Below are positions 14,003-26,619 of a DNA stretch of 64,000 nucleotides, piece by piece. Positions within the stretch are counted from its first letter, which is position 1, and the number at the start of each line of letters is the position of its first letter. A model generated the notes under the pieces. The model worked only from the letters and a program-made list of their open reading frames with translations. It did no database searches and was not told the origin of the DNA. Both the position numbers and the translations under genes were made by a program. The DNA is taken from the NCBI RefSeq assembly GCF_006345805.1, contig NC_043008.1:68634001-68698000 (forward strand). The letters run 5' to 3'. The DNA is from Octopus sinensis. Lineage: Eukaryota.

Positions 14003-14300
14003 GAAGCAAGTAAATGCAAGCAGTGAAGGCGTTTGGCTTAATTGTTAGGGTATTCGGCTCACGATCGTGAAGGCCGTGAACTCGATAATTGGAGGTGCAT
14101 TGTGTTCTTGAGCAAGACACTTTATTTCACGTTGCACCAGTCCACTTAGCTGGCAAAAATGAATAGTGGCTGTATTTCAAAGGCCCGGCCTTGTGTCATT
14201 CTGTGTCACGTTGAATCTCCCTGAAAACTACTTTAAGGTTACGCGTATCTGTGGAGTGCTCACTCACTTGTAAGTTAATTTCAGGAGAAGGCTGTTTTGT
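14003..14300 (+). mobile_element. tRNA-derived SINE with TGTGTTCTTGAGCAAGACACTT central domain
   Basis: tRNA-like head plus conserved SINE central motif. A related copy lies on the minus strand at about 30650-30880. Confidence 0.7.
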
Positions 14301-14639
14301 TGATCGAATCAACAGCAACATCATAACAGTTTCTAATAGAAATTTACTTATAAAAAAAATTGAAGAAAATGAATACAACTAATTTTTGTAAACGTATATC
14401 TTCGTATGAAACTGATTCGACAGAGATAACTGTAAGATATATGCATTTTAAAGCCAATTTAAAATTGCAGTTTGAAAATAATTTTTCATTTTTTCCAAGC
14501 TATCATTAAACAACAGATCGTTTTTGGCGAGAATAGGGAAAAAACCTCATCTATTCTCAAGTTAAACGTTACAGGCGATATCGCAGTTGACTATTTAAAA
14601 AATATGTGATATGTATTGAATTATCAATAACCGCTTGTA

Positions 14640-15620
14640 TACAGCTGCTGTCACAGTGGAAAAAACACCTTGGAGATACCTTCAGGGCGCTTCGTAATGA
14701 GAAACTCAACGTAAGCAGTCCCGAGGAATAATATAACTAGAAGAAAACATAAACAATATGCACCACAGAATCGGACATTTAAATACCGTCTTAAGGTGTA
14801 AAGTGAATAATAAATTCACAGCACAAGTACATATTATAAAAAAAAATTGACAAAATGTGCAGAAATTCTACTTTCCAAATTCTTGTGGAGGAAACAAAGA
14901 TTTTCAAAATACAAACTCAAAACGTTGAGTGAAAAACTTCATGTTTAGAAAGATTTGCTAGTAATAAGAATTTTCTTTTGAATCAGATGCTGTACAACAC
15001 TGGATGAATAAAAACAATATCTTCGCAAAAAGAACCCATTCTTGGGAAAAATTTAAATAATTCTGGTCTAAGATCTGTAATAAAAAGAGAGATTTCAGTC
15101 AGAATGTATCATGGCTAATATCATAGCTCGTTATATTCAAGAAAGAATACTGTAACAACATCAACAATATAACTTCTATAATCACCAAAGCTATAGGAAA
15201 GTTGTATAATGAGAAGGCACCGGGAAGAGATCGATAGCTGGATACAGGTACAGAAAGTTATTGATGTGAATATTCCAAATAAATATGGAAGGTCAGATTG
15301 ACATATCAGTTAGTTTTCTATTGCACGGACGAATCTCGTAGCTGATTTTGGCAGAAAAACATAAACTCTCTGCTTTGTCTAATCATTATTATAACTTTAC
15401 TCAAGCTGTCTAAACCAATTTGCGAATTCAACAAAGACGTAACTAATGATCATGCAGGCGGAAGAAAAAGGGTGAATTTGGCTGTGCCGGATTACTCTTG
15501 GTACATAGTTTTGTACTGACTGAAGTAGGAAAAGCACTCGATTCTATACCCGATCATGGCTGCTCTTGACGAAAGTACCTACTGCTCTAGGCACTGCCAA
15601 TGAAAGACTCAGAAACACTT
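14640..15620 (+). mobile_element. Highly decayed R4/Dong-like non-LTR retrotransposon RT fragment
   Basis: Frameshift-corrected ITKAIGKLYNEKAPGRDR/IAGYRYRKL resembles the NWKAPG.D.I.GFW.KK motif. KALDSIP follows at about 15530 (RT KAFDSVPH motif). Confidence 0.6.
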
Positions 15621-15960
15621 GATCGATAATCCTCACACCTGTATCCAGAAGCAGAATGATTGTCCTTGATGTTATGAATATTTGGAAAGGAATACTCCAA
15701 GGAGACAGTCAGTGCTTATGTTGTCACAAAATCCATTGTCATTTCTTTTATAAAAGTGTTTATGTGTCTACAACAACAAGAAACACCAATGTAACCCATA
15801 ATTTCTTGTGTACAATCTAAGGATGCTGAGACACGGGTGGATTTAGTAATGACATTTTCAACCCGTAAGGAGATGGAATTTGGTTAAAAGTAAGGCTTAC
15901 ATTTGTTAGTTGAACTAGGAAAACCCGTTTCACAAATCCATAAGCTTTACATCAAGGATC

Positions 15961-15995
<35 letters not shown>

Positions 15996-16008
15996 ACCTA
16001 TCTTTTTT

Positions 16009-16060
<52 letters not shown>

Positions 16061-17069
16061 AAACTTGATCCATCTTTGACAAGTGCTTGCACACAAATCT
16101 AACCTTTCTGATTACATGTGTTTCCATGCATATTAGGCTGATTCCAAATGGTTGTTCCTAATATAGACACCAAGTCAATAGTTTTGAAACGAGAGGGTTT
16201 AGTTGATTTCATTGACACCAGCGCTCAATTGGTACTTTATTTTAACGATCCAAAAAGAATGAAAGGCAGATCATAGTAAATAAAAATCTATCTTTGATTT
16301 CATAACCAAATACAACCCAGTATACATACCCACCAAACTATACCTTAGTGTTTTTCATTCTTTCTTCACTATTTTCTCCTGATCTTTGTAACTATATCCC
16401 ATTCTCTATCCTCTATATCTTCTTATTCTATATTTTCTTTCTCACATCCCCTCATTACGAACATCTATAGACAATTCATAACTTACATTTAATATATTCA
16501 CACACACACACACGCATACACACACACAAGCACAAACACACAGACAGACATACACGCACAGAGGCATACTGAAACAGACACAGGCACTCACATACACACA
16601 CATACGCACACACATACACGCGCACATAAATAGTAAATTTGTTTCTGATCCCCTAATAAACAAGTCATAAAGATATTTTTATTATGTTTCAAAAATGCCT
16701 TGATAGAACAAATCTACATTGCAACCACTAAGCTCCACTAGCATGATGAACCAAAAATTTGTAAAAAGTGAAACACCAAAATACTCCCTTTCTACGACTA
16801 GACGATTAAAGTGAAAAAACAGGCAGGGATATTTTATGTTGCTCGGTCCTTTGAACCCCTTCTATGGTCCTCCAGACAAGTGTTGGCCACTTTGTAACAT
16901 ACGTGTGCACGCGCTCTTTCTCACAGGCATACGCGCACACACACATGTATAATACACAAACACGTGTGCATGCATATATAAATACACATTTGCATATATA
17001 TATATATATATATATACGCAAATATATCTATATATACATATACCACATACATATTTGTAAAACGAATTA

Positions 17070-17102
<33 letters not shown>

Positions 17103-17177
17103 CCTATCTGCCTGTCTGGCTATCTCATGCGCATATCATATATGTACGCACACACACAACACACACACACACACACA

Positions 17178-17225
<48 letters not shown>

Positions 17226-17298
17226 AGCACAAACACACAAACACATGCACACAGAATTATAGACGTAGAATTATCTTTGCCTCAATTTTTCGTTGCAG

Positions 17299-17408
17299 AA
17301 GTGGAAGGATTGCAACCTAGTCTGGAATGTCTCTGAATACAATGGAATTGAATCAATTGTCTTACCAGAAGACATGATATGGATTCCTGATATTTGTCTT
17401 TATGATAA
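17299..17408 (+). CDS. nAChR-like internal exon, loop A: KWKDCNLVWNVSEYNGIESIVLPEDMIWIPDICLYD(N)
   Basis: TTGCAG acceptor, GTATGT donor, 110 nt (same size as CHRNA7 exon 4). W-x-D-x-x-L-x-W and IWxPDIxLY motifs present. Phase 0 in, phase 2 out. Confidence 0.95.
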
Positions 17409-18280
17409 GTATGTATCTTTAGTATTAATTGCTGTAGTGTGGTTTGCAGTGACGGAGTGATAAATGGCGTGACATAGTTAGATCTCAAGGAAAGACTTTC
17501 TTCTCAACCCTCTTGTGTTCAATAAAATAAATATCATTTAAATATATGCTTTACCTCTAAATTTGAAAAGTGAATATTGTTTAAAGGTGAAAACTAAAGA
17601 AAATAAGAATTCGCAGAAACATATAAAAATATATTTGTATCAGTTTTCTCTTCTTTCCACGTGTCCCTAGAAAATAAACCTCTCCCGATCTAAGTGGTGC
17701 TTTAATTCAAATTAGTCAAAAGCACGTGTAGCAACAAACCATGTGGGTACAAAATGTGGTGTTGTTCATGCTTTATGAAATAACGCGTTTTTGCAAGTAC
17801 AACATAAGCAAAAGTAACATTACAATTAATATGAGGCGAACTAAAATACGTTGAATAAAATATATTTATTATGTTTGTGCGCATTGAAACATGGAAAGAC
17901 AAACACTACAAGAATTGTTGTAAGAGAAAAAAATTCTCCTTATAGGCAATATGACATCATTCATAGCCTAATGATGTGTTTCTTTCTCACATATTGTCTA
18001 TGAGGAGAACTTTTCTCTCGAAACAATTTCTGCAGTATATGCCTTTCTGTGTTCTAGTGAACACATATAATTCAACATTAAACATAATAAAATAAAAAAA
18101 AATATATGTAATGTTGGTTGTAAGAAATATACGACATATTTGTGCTTTTTTAATCAATTGTTTGATTGATCTGTTGAGAAGAACAATACAAACATATGTT
18201 CATGGATTAAAGTTCCTTTTGTTACACACATAGAAAGAGAAATATATCAGAGATTAATGCATATGTATGTATACATGTAT

Positions 18281-18342
<62 letters not shown>

Positions 18343-18355
18343 ATATATATATATA

Positions 18356-18389
<34 letters not shown>

Positions 18390-18885
18390 CACACACACAC
18401 ATATACACATACACACAGATATAGTTGAAATTTACAGAAAAACAAAAGACGAAGACAGGTGTATAAACAACAAGCAGGTGTATGTGTATATTGGGATAAA
18501 TGTATGTATATATACACATATATATGTACATATATGTATATATATATGCATATATATTTATTAATAATGTACATGTATATATTATATATATACATACATA
18601 TGAAATGTTTGGCCATAATTTTTATATTCTTCATAGAATGGTGAAACTTGAAAAAGATAAAGCTATAAATTGCATTTTAATGCTGGGTCAAAAACAATCG
18701 TACGCACTCACGCACACACACACACACACGCACACATACATACAAGCACAAACATATATGTACACACACATTCTAGTGCAATGTGTGAATCCGATGGGCC
18801 ATTAAGTTCAAGAATTAGCGTGTAATTGATGGAGGTTGACCGATCAAACCATGAAAATAATAAGACAAAAATCAATAAGATAAAA

Positions 18886-19040
18886 TGTGGCTGTGTGGTA
18901 AGTAGCTTGCTTACCAGCCACATAGTTCCGGGTTCAGTCCCACTGCATGGCACCTTGGGCAAGTGACTTCTACTATAGACTCGGGCCGACCAAAGCCTTG
19001 TGAGTGGATTTGGTAGACGGAAACTGAAAGAAGCCCGTCG
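18886..19040 (+). mobile_element. 5' half of microsatellite-containing SINE (family B head)
   Basis: GGCTGTGTGGTAAGTAGCTTGCTTACC...GAAAGAAGCCCGTCG, matching intact copies at 30118-30630 and 46742-47165 (minus strand). Confidence 0.85.
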
Positions 19041-19066
19041 TATATATGTATATGTATATGTATATG

Positions 19067-19104
<38 letters not shown>

Positions 19105-19171
19105 TATATATATATTGAAAAAATGAAGTTCGAAAATGCTGCTTGTATATACATTTTTAATTTTATATATT

Positions 19172-19220
19172 ACATTATAACATGTTTCAGTTCCTGAAAT
19201 GAACCTTATCAAAAAAAGTG
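19172..19220 (-). ncRNA. Minimal type-I hammerhead-like motif with U3-A8 variant core
   Basis: Minus strand reads TTGATAA-GGTTC-ATTTCAG-GAACT-GAAA-CATGT-T: 5-bp stem II, palindromic stem III ACATGT, GUU triplet. It lies about 60 nt from the 3' end of the Penelope insertion. Stem I is imperfect. Confidence 0.6.
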
Positions 19221-19589
19221 TATATATAAAAAAAGACAGCTCATGCCGTCAAACACAAGAAATTCATTTATAATACACAACGGAGTCAGACATCTTAGAG
19301 TTCATGTATAGTTGATATATAGTTCATGTATAGTTGATATATAGTTTGAAGTATATGTTCAAAGTGTTCGATGCAGTGGCCCACGGTGGCGATACGTATT
19401 CAATACAAAAAACAGATCAAAGTGGTGGAAAGCGGTCAATACAGAAGATTGATGTTTCCGAAAGAGCGAGGAATTCATTTTTACCTTAAGCAATGTGATG
19501 ACCCATGGTGGAAGTTCGCTGGGTGGTTCTAGTGAGTTTTTGTGAAATGCTCGGTTTTATAATGCCTGTTAGGTGGTCAATCTAGCGTA

Positions 19590-20010
19590 GCGTGACGTCA
19601 TCAATGTTTTGACCAATCGTTTCGTTAGGCGGCTTTAATCAAGTAGAACGGGACGTCATCATTATTTTGACCAATCGCTGCATTATAACTCCCTCTTGTT
19701 TGTTTCCTGTTTTGACCAGTCGCTTCGTTAGTCAAGTAGAACGGGACGTCATCATTATTTTGACCAATCGCTGCATTATATCTGCCTCTTGTTTGTTTCC
19801 TGTTTTGACCAGTCGCTTCGTTAGTCAAGCAGAGCGGGACGTCATCCAGATTCTGCCCAATCACGACTTATAGCTACATTAGATCTGCCCCCTGTCTGTA
19901 CTTGTTAGGTGACTATTCAAGCAGAAAAGGACGTCATCAATATTCTGACTAATGACTGTCCCCTGTTTGTATCCTGTCCATTCTAGCAGAGCTAGACGTC
20001 ATCAGCTTGT
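19590..20010. repeat. 93-bp tandem repeat with GACGTCA and CCAAT motifs in the Penelope 3' region
   Basis: AAG(T/C)AGA(A/G)CGGGACGTCATC recurs at 19641, 19734 and 19827 (period 93), with degenerate units to about 20000. A perfect TGACGTCA lies at 19593. Confidence 0.9.
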
Positions 20011-21983
20011 TGACCGATCAGAATCGGGTCTGACCCTTAGCTGTATCGTATGTATCAGGGTCAGATTTGCACGAAAGAATTTTTTTCCTTTTTTACTAAG
20101 GCATATTTCCGTCAGAGTGAGTGTCTGTTTGAAGTAGCAGCCGTGGTGGAATTTTGCATCTCCTTTTCGGAGGACTTATTTTTTGGTTTAGTATTCCTGG
20201 CCCAGGGTGTTTAAACTTGGTCTAAAATTTTTATGAAATATAGTTCTTTATTTGGCGTTGTGTGAAGGTTGCGTTGTCACTGAATTTATAGAGCGGGTTA
20301 GTTGTAAATTTCGGATTTACATTTCCAGCACATCTATCTATGTGTCCGCTGACCGGTATTTGCGGTAATCAGGGTTTCTAATTTGTGATTTATGCACCGC
20401 CATCCTGTTACGTAAGCTATTTTTTGTATGGCCTATATACTGCCTATTGCAGCCTGCGCATGTTATGACGTAAATAAGTTTTTGATGCGCAGGTGAAGTT
20501 TGTTCTAATGGTGAACTGGTGGCTTGTTCCAGTATAATTCTGATCCTTCTTTCAAGATGACACAGATTCCGCAGTTGGGCCTTCCACATTTTCTAACTGC
20601 TGGTTTTGTGGTTGATGTTGAGTGCAGTGTAGCTTGGGTTAAAATCCTTTTCAAGGATTTTGGTTTGCCGTTTACTTTTAATGATGGTGTGTGTGTTTCG
20701 AGGATCCGGTTCATCTTTGGGTCTCCCTTTAGTAGGGCTGCTGTGTTTGTAGTATGGTGTTGAAGGCCTCATTGTTGAGTGTGGGTTGTGTGTAGAGATG
20801 TAGGGAAGGGTTTTTAATTGTTCTTTCTTTCTTTTTTGGTTTGTTTGTCTCAGGTCTTCTATACTTAATTTAAGTACCCGTTGGATTGCACTGTCTATTA
20901 GGGGCTGTGGATAGTTTCTATTGTGAGTGTGGTTCTAAGTTCCTGGAGACGTGTGTGTCGGGTGTTTGTGTCTGATATTATGGTGCAAATCCTTCTAGCT
21001 AAACAAAAGGGACATTCATTCTAGTGTGTCGTGGGTGGCATGAATCAAAGGGTAGGTACTGTTTAGAGTCTGTCGGTTTATAGTAGATATCTGTCTCTAT
21101 TTTGTTGCCGGTTTTCTTAATGAGGATGTCTAAAAATGGTAATCTTTTTCGTTGTGGTCCATCGTGAATTGTATATTGTCATTTATTCCATTTAAATTCC
21201 TCAAGTTTCTCTATGCCTTTGTCCCAGATGATGAAACAGTCATCGAGGTATCTTTTCCAGTTGTTATGGATATAGGTGGCGAAGGTGTTTCCATATTTCC
21301 GAGTGTCATCCGGTATAGTATTTTCTCGAGGTATCCCATCACTAGGTTGGCAAAGATGGTGCAGTACGCGTGCCATCGCTGTTCCCGATCTTTGCCTGTA
21401 GAAATCATTGTCAAAAATAAAATAATGTTCTCTAAAATGAATCTAAGTCCTTCTATTATAAGGTCTTTGTTTATGCGAGTTGGGAGTTCAAGGGGTGGGT
21501 AGTTATTCAGCCAGAAGGTGATCGCTTCTATTCCTAGGTTGTGAGGGATGTTAGAATAAAGATTAACTACGTCGAATGATACTAGAAGGGTTTTCTCATT
21601 GACTGTTTTAGGGAGGTGGTTGAGCATATCTATATCGTCTCTTACGTAGCTTTTGATGTTTTAGGAAGGTTTAAGAAGTGTGTCTAAGAAATTGCTGAGG
21701 CGGTGAGTTTCACATGCTGGCCCTGCTATTATCGGTCTTAGTTTAAGATCATTTGGTGAAGGGATTTTGATGAGTGTGTCGGTGGATGTTTTGCACGTTT
21801 CTCTAATGGTTTGGCTTTTTGTACCTTAGGGATCCATAGAACAAACTCGATTTGCATTTGAAGTTATTGATGTATTCATACTCCTTGTTCGTGAGTCCTT
21901 CTTGGTATGTGTTGATTAATGTCCTAAGGTTATGCATTATTTTTTGCTGGTTATACTGTTGGGCCCTTTCATAATACGTAATA

Positions 21984-22049
<66 letters not shown>

Positions 22050-22050
<1 letters not shown>

Positions 22051-22220
22051 TGTGTCTGTGTTTGTCCCCCAACATCGCTTGATAACCGATGCTGGTGTGT
22101 TTACGTCCCCGTAACTTATCGGTTCGGCAAAAGAGACCGACAGAATAAGTACTAGGCTTACAAAGAATAAGTCCTGGGGTCAATTTGCACGAATAAAGGC
22201 GGTGCTCCAGCATGGCGACA
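22050..22220 (+). mobile_element. 3' half of microsatellite-containing SINE (family B tail)
   Basis: CATCGCTTGATAACCGATGCTGGTGTGTTTACGTCCCC...GGTGCTCCAGCATGGC continues the head at 18886-19040 across the Penelope insertion. Confidence 0.85.
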
Positions 22221-22830
22221 CCCACCCACCCACATACATACACATACATACATCATATACTGTTCTGTTATTGGTGGGGGCAACAAGGAAGTATTCCATC
22301 CAACGACAGATAAATATCATTCAATATACACAGGGTTTAAATTCGAGCTGCTATTAGTTTCATGAAAACACAATTATCAGGAAAACTTGTACAGTGTGCT
22401 ATGTGTTCCCAAATACACAACATGGCTCGTCTGTTTGAAAAAAAAAAAAAGAAAAAGCGAAAGGATGCTAGTTTTTGAGAGAAAAACGAATAAGAGCTTT
22501 GGTCATTGAGAAAACACAGGAAAGACAAGAAGGTAACATAAGAAAGTGGAAGGAGAGAGAGAAGAAAAGGAAATTAAGTGTTGCGTCCCTATGGCCCGTC
22601 CGAATCATAATTACTGTGAATGAATTCAACAGAAAGAAGATCAAAGTTCGTGAGACTACATGACTAATCCAGAGAGGGCTACATTAAGCGTGTTATAAAA
22701 ACCTGCCTAGACAACATCTCTAATGTATGAAATTATCATTGGCTCATAGCGATATACTGTGTACATTAAACGATATTTATCTCTCACCGGATGGAGTACT
22801 CTTTTACTGATCTTAACGTAACAAAGTAAA

Positions 22831-22897
<67 letters not shown>

Positions 22898-23569
22898 AAG
22901 AGGGCTGGTCCCTAGCTATATTTTGGCATAAAACATTGAGATTTGGTCCAGTAGAAAAAGTTTACATCAAAATTTGTAGCAACGTTATCAGAGAGTAAGT
23001 AACGCCTCCAATCAAGTTTAGATCTAAATCCCTTTTTTCTTTAAAAAAACAAACTATTTTTTAATTAAGCTTAAATGATAGAACTCAATTCCGGAAATTT
23101 CATGTTATCAATCTCATGCAATGAAAACGAAAGGTTATGAGTGTTTTTGTTTCTCAAACTTGAGGGTGATAATATAGTTCTATACTTTTTTATGGATATA
23201 GTTCTATAAGAGGCCTTTTAATATATGTCACTAGCATCATTGAGGTAAGGAAAAAATTATTAACGACACTGCTAATTTGCAATTAGTGTAATTATGTCAT
23301 ATGTATTAATTAATGAAATTATATCTTAAAAATGAAAAAAAATATTATTTAGAGATTTTGGCAATAGCCTAGCCATTTTGGTAACCTTTCATTTTATTTT
23401 GAAGGCGTGTGTGCGTAGCTCAGTTGTTATCTTACGGCGTTCGGTAATTTCCGTAAAAAATGTATATTTATTTTTTGTGAGTGGAAATGTACATTTTGTT
23501 TGAAGTCAGCCTAAAGTGAAAGAGAGAGGAAATGGACATGGACGTGTGTATGTGTTGATGGGGATGCAA

Positions 23570-23602
23570 GACAGAAAGTGTGTGTTATGTGTGTATGTGA
23601 GT

Positions 23603-23692
<90 letters not shown>

Positions 23693-23826
23693 GACAGCAT
23701 ACATTTTATATTTATTTTTTCTCGCACCTTTTTTCAGTGAATGTGTGTGATTGACTGAGAGAGAAAGAGAGAAGGTGTGTGTTGCTGTGTGTGTATGTGT
23801 GAGTATGTGCATGTGTGTGTGTGTGT

Positions 23827-23862
<36 letters not shown>

Positions 23863-25094
23863 TAGCGTAAATTTTGGATCTTTTCCTTTTAAACGGCACA
23901 TGTCAACACGATTTCTAGTCAACTAAACACTTTTAAACTTCGTATACTGGTAGAATGTGTTTATAAAACATCATTTTTTCTTGGCTTTATTGAGAAAATT
24001 CTATAGTTTGTAAGATATTTCGTGTGAAATTTTGAGCATTTCGGCAATTTTAACCAATCGCTGACCTCCATTTTGGGTGAAAACATTCCGTGCTGTATGA
24101 ATATGTCCCTCGTTTAAGCAACAGATTGGGTTTATTTACATTTGCGAAGAAAAAAAGATACCCTTCCCCCACCCCTAACCCTAACCGTAACCGTAACCCT
24201 AAATCTAAAATAGATTGAAATGCAATAGATCGATACTAGGGTTATAATTATGGATGACATTTTCATTTGACACCGCTAGAAAAATATCCCATTTTCCGTA
24301 GCGCTGTCGTATGAAATTGTCACCCATAATTATAACCCTAGTATCGATCTATTGCATTTCAATCTATTTTAGATTTAGGGTTAGGGTTAGGGTTAGGGGT
24401 GGGGGAAGGGTATCTTTTTTCTTCGCAAATGTAAATAAACCCAATCTGTTTCTTAAACGAGGGACATATTCATACAGCACGGAATGTTTTCACCCCAAAT
24501 GGAGGTCAGCAATTGGTTAAAATTGCCGAAATGCTTGAAATTAAAGTGGAAATATGTTACAACATATAGAATTTTCTCAATAAAGCCAAGAAAAATGATG
24601 TTTTATAAACACATTCTACCAGTATACGAAGTTTAAAAGTGTTTAGTTTACTAGAAATTGTGTTGACATGTGCCGTTCAAAAGGAAAAGATCCTAAATTT
24701 TACTTAACTACTTATACATACGTGCAAAAAAAATTGTCGAGAACAAATACCTTCATTTAGTGACTGACTCTCTTACACGCATACACATAAAACATGTATG
24801 CTTATGTATTTATGAATGTACGTTTATACAACAGATATTGGGTATACACATGAGTTTGTGTGCGTGTGTGACTGACCCTAGCCATTTTACACATACATGA
24901 CAACACTTCCCTCTCTCAGTGAATTACTCACACACTCACTTATTAAAAAAAGATGCGAGAAAAACTAAATAGATAAAAAAATTACGCTATCACTCTCTTC
25001 TACCTCTCTCTCAGTCACACACACAGCAACACACTTTCTCTCTCTCTCGGTCATTCACACACTCACTCAAAAAGATGTGAGGTAAATAGATATG

Positions 25095-25156
<62 letters not shown>

Positions 25157-25210
25157 CAAAGACAACAACAACACACCTCTCTCTCACATACTCACATAAC
25201 ACACACTTTA
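23570..25210. repeat. ~1.6 kb foldback element with internal (CCCTAA)n/(TTAGGG)n arrays
   Basis: Core arms about 23870-24275 and 24298-24705 are near-identical inverted copies. Looser inverted homology continues through flanking CT/CA-rich subrepeats. A further left-arm start occurs at about 63940-64000. Confidence 0.9.
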
Positions 25211-26619
25211 AATGTATTATTCAATTTTCAATAAGGTAAAATCTTAAATTATTAATTGACATATTAATTAGCATAATAGCATAGCCTGGAAAAAACACGA
25301 ATTACATGGAAAAATGCAAGCAAGAGAAATAATATTCTTAAGCTTATAAGCCTGGAAAAGTACAGGACAAGTTATTACACTTGGAAAAGTTTAGGACAAG
25401 TAATCACATCTGCTAAAGTACAGAAAAAGAAAATTTTTACTATATTGCATCTAAGGATAAAATTTGAATATTAAAAATTATTTGATTTGAATTTACAAAA
25501 TAACATTATAATTAAAAAAAGGTAAGATCATTTTGTTAAAGTACTAACACACTAGAATACTTAAACAATGAGAGCCAGAAGTGCCAATATAGCTAAAGTT
25601 TTATGCAACTTAGAATAGTATATATGGTAGGCAAATTCATTATGTAAAAATAGGCATTGGGTCAAAACTAAAAATGTGAAAACTTGGCAATAATTTAAGC
25701 AATAACTCAAGCAAATTTTACTGTGAATTTGTTGTTTAGGTAGATTTTACTGTAATACATAACTAATTTTTGTATTATTCTATTTATTGTACTAACTTAT
25801 TATGTACGACTATTATCTTTCATAACCTATTTTCAAATTTCTAATTATTAATTAATAATGAAAAAAATGAAATTTTTTAATGCGCAAAAGATATTTTGAG
25901 TTATACAAGTAACAAGTAATAATAAATAAAAATAATAACTTGTAATAAAATTTTTAGTTTTAATAAAAGCTAATATTTTCTAAATCTAAATATTTTATTT
26001 GAAATTTTATCCTTTGCTGCAGTATTTTAAGTAAAAAATTTCTTGTTCTGTACTTTACAAGATGTAATAACTTGTCCTGAATTTTTCCAGGTTTATAATC
26101 TTAAGAATATTATTTCTCTTGCTCGCTTTTCCCATGTAATAAATATATATGGCTTCCTAGCACTTCTTAATAATCACGCTGTATTGGTACAGTTGTCAAT
26201 AATTCACGACTCTCAATCTTCTACTTTTATATAAATGTCGTTATGTTTGTCAACTTTATTTTACTTTCTGAGTGAAGCTCAATAGTTCTAAACTTTGTCA
26301 GTTGAAAGATGATTACCAAACAATTTCTGTTTACCAATTTCACTCAGAAGTCATTGGCCGAACCGGTGGTGTAGTAGATCATGCTTGCTCAGTTATTATA
26401 TTTGTTTCAGTTATTAGACCGCGGCCATGCTGGGGCCCAGCTTTCAAGAACTTTAGTCGAGCGAGCCGAATCCCAGTACTTATTTCATTTTAAAGCCTTC
26501 TATTATTTTATCGGTCTCTTTGCCAAACCACTGTGTTACAAGAACGTAAGTACACCAAAAGCAGTTGTCAAGCGGTAATGAGTGACAAATACAGACATAT
26601 GACATTCCAGAAGAACTAG

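Larger units (their letters stand above)
19116..21983 (-). mobile_element. 5'-truncated Penelope-like element (RT plus GIY-YIG endonuclease), disrupted
   Basis: Minus-strand LKLRPIIAGPACETHRLSNFLD, LLVSFDVVNLYSNIPH, FANLVMGYLE, WKRYLDDCFIIW (RT) and IYVITCAGCNRQYIGHTKNSLRNRMAVHK (GIY-YIG). About 1 kb of 3' region carries tandem repeats and a hammerhead-like motif. Confidence 0.95.

Noticed and set aside
19625-19873. 93-bp repeat as a CRISPR array or a repeat protein
   Set aside because: Eukaryotic context and no unique spacers. The ORFs arise because 93 is a multiple of 3.
19985-20010. CTGATGA on the minus strand as another hammerhead
   Set aside because: A hairpin follows but no GAAA or cleavage triplet does.
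24165-24400. TTAGGG repeats as a chromosome end or fusion site
   Set aside because: Only 3-4 units per arm, embedded symmetrically in a dispersed foldback element.
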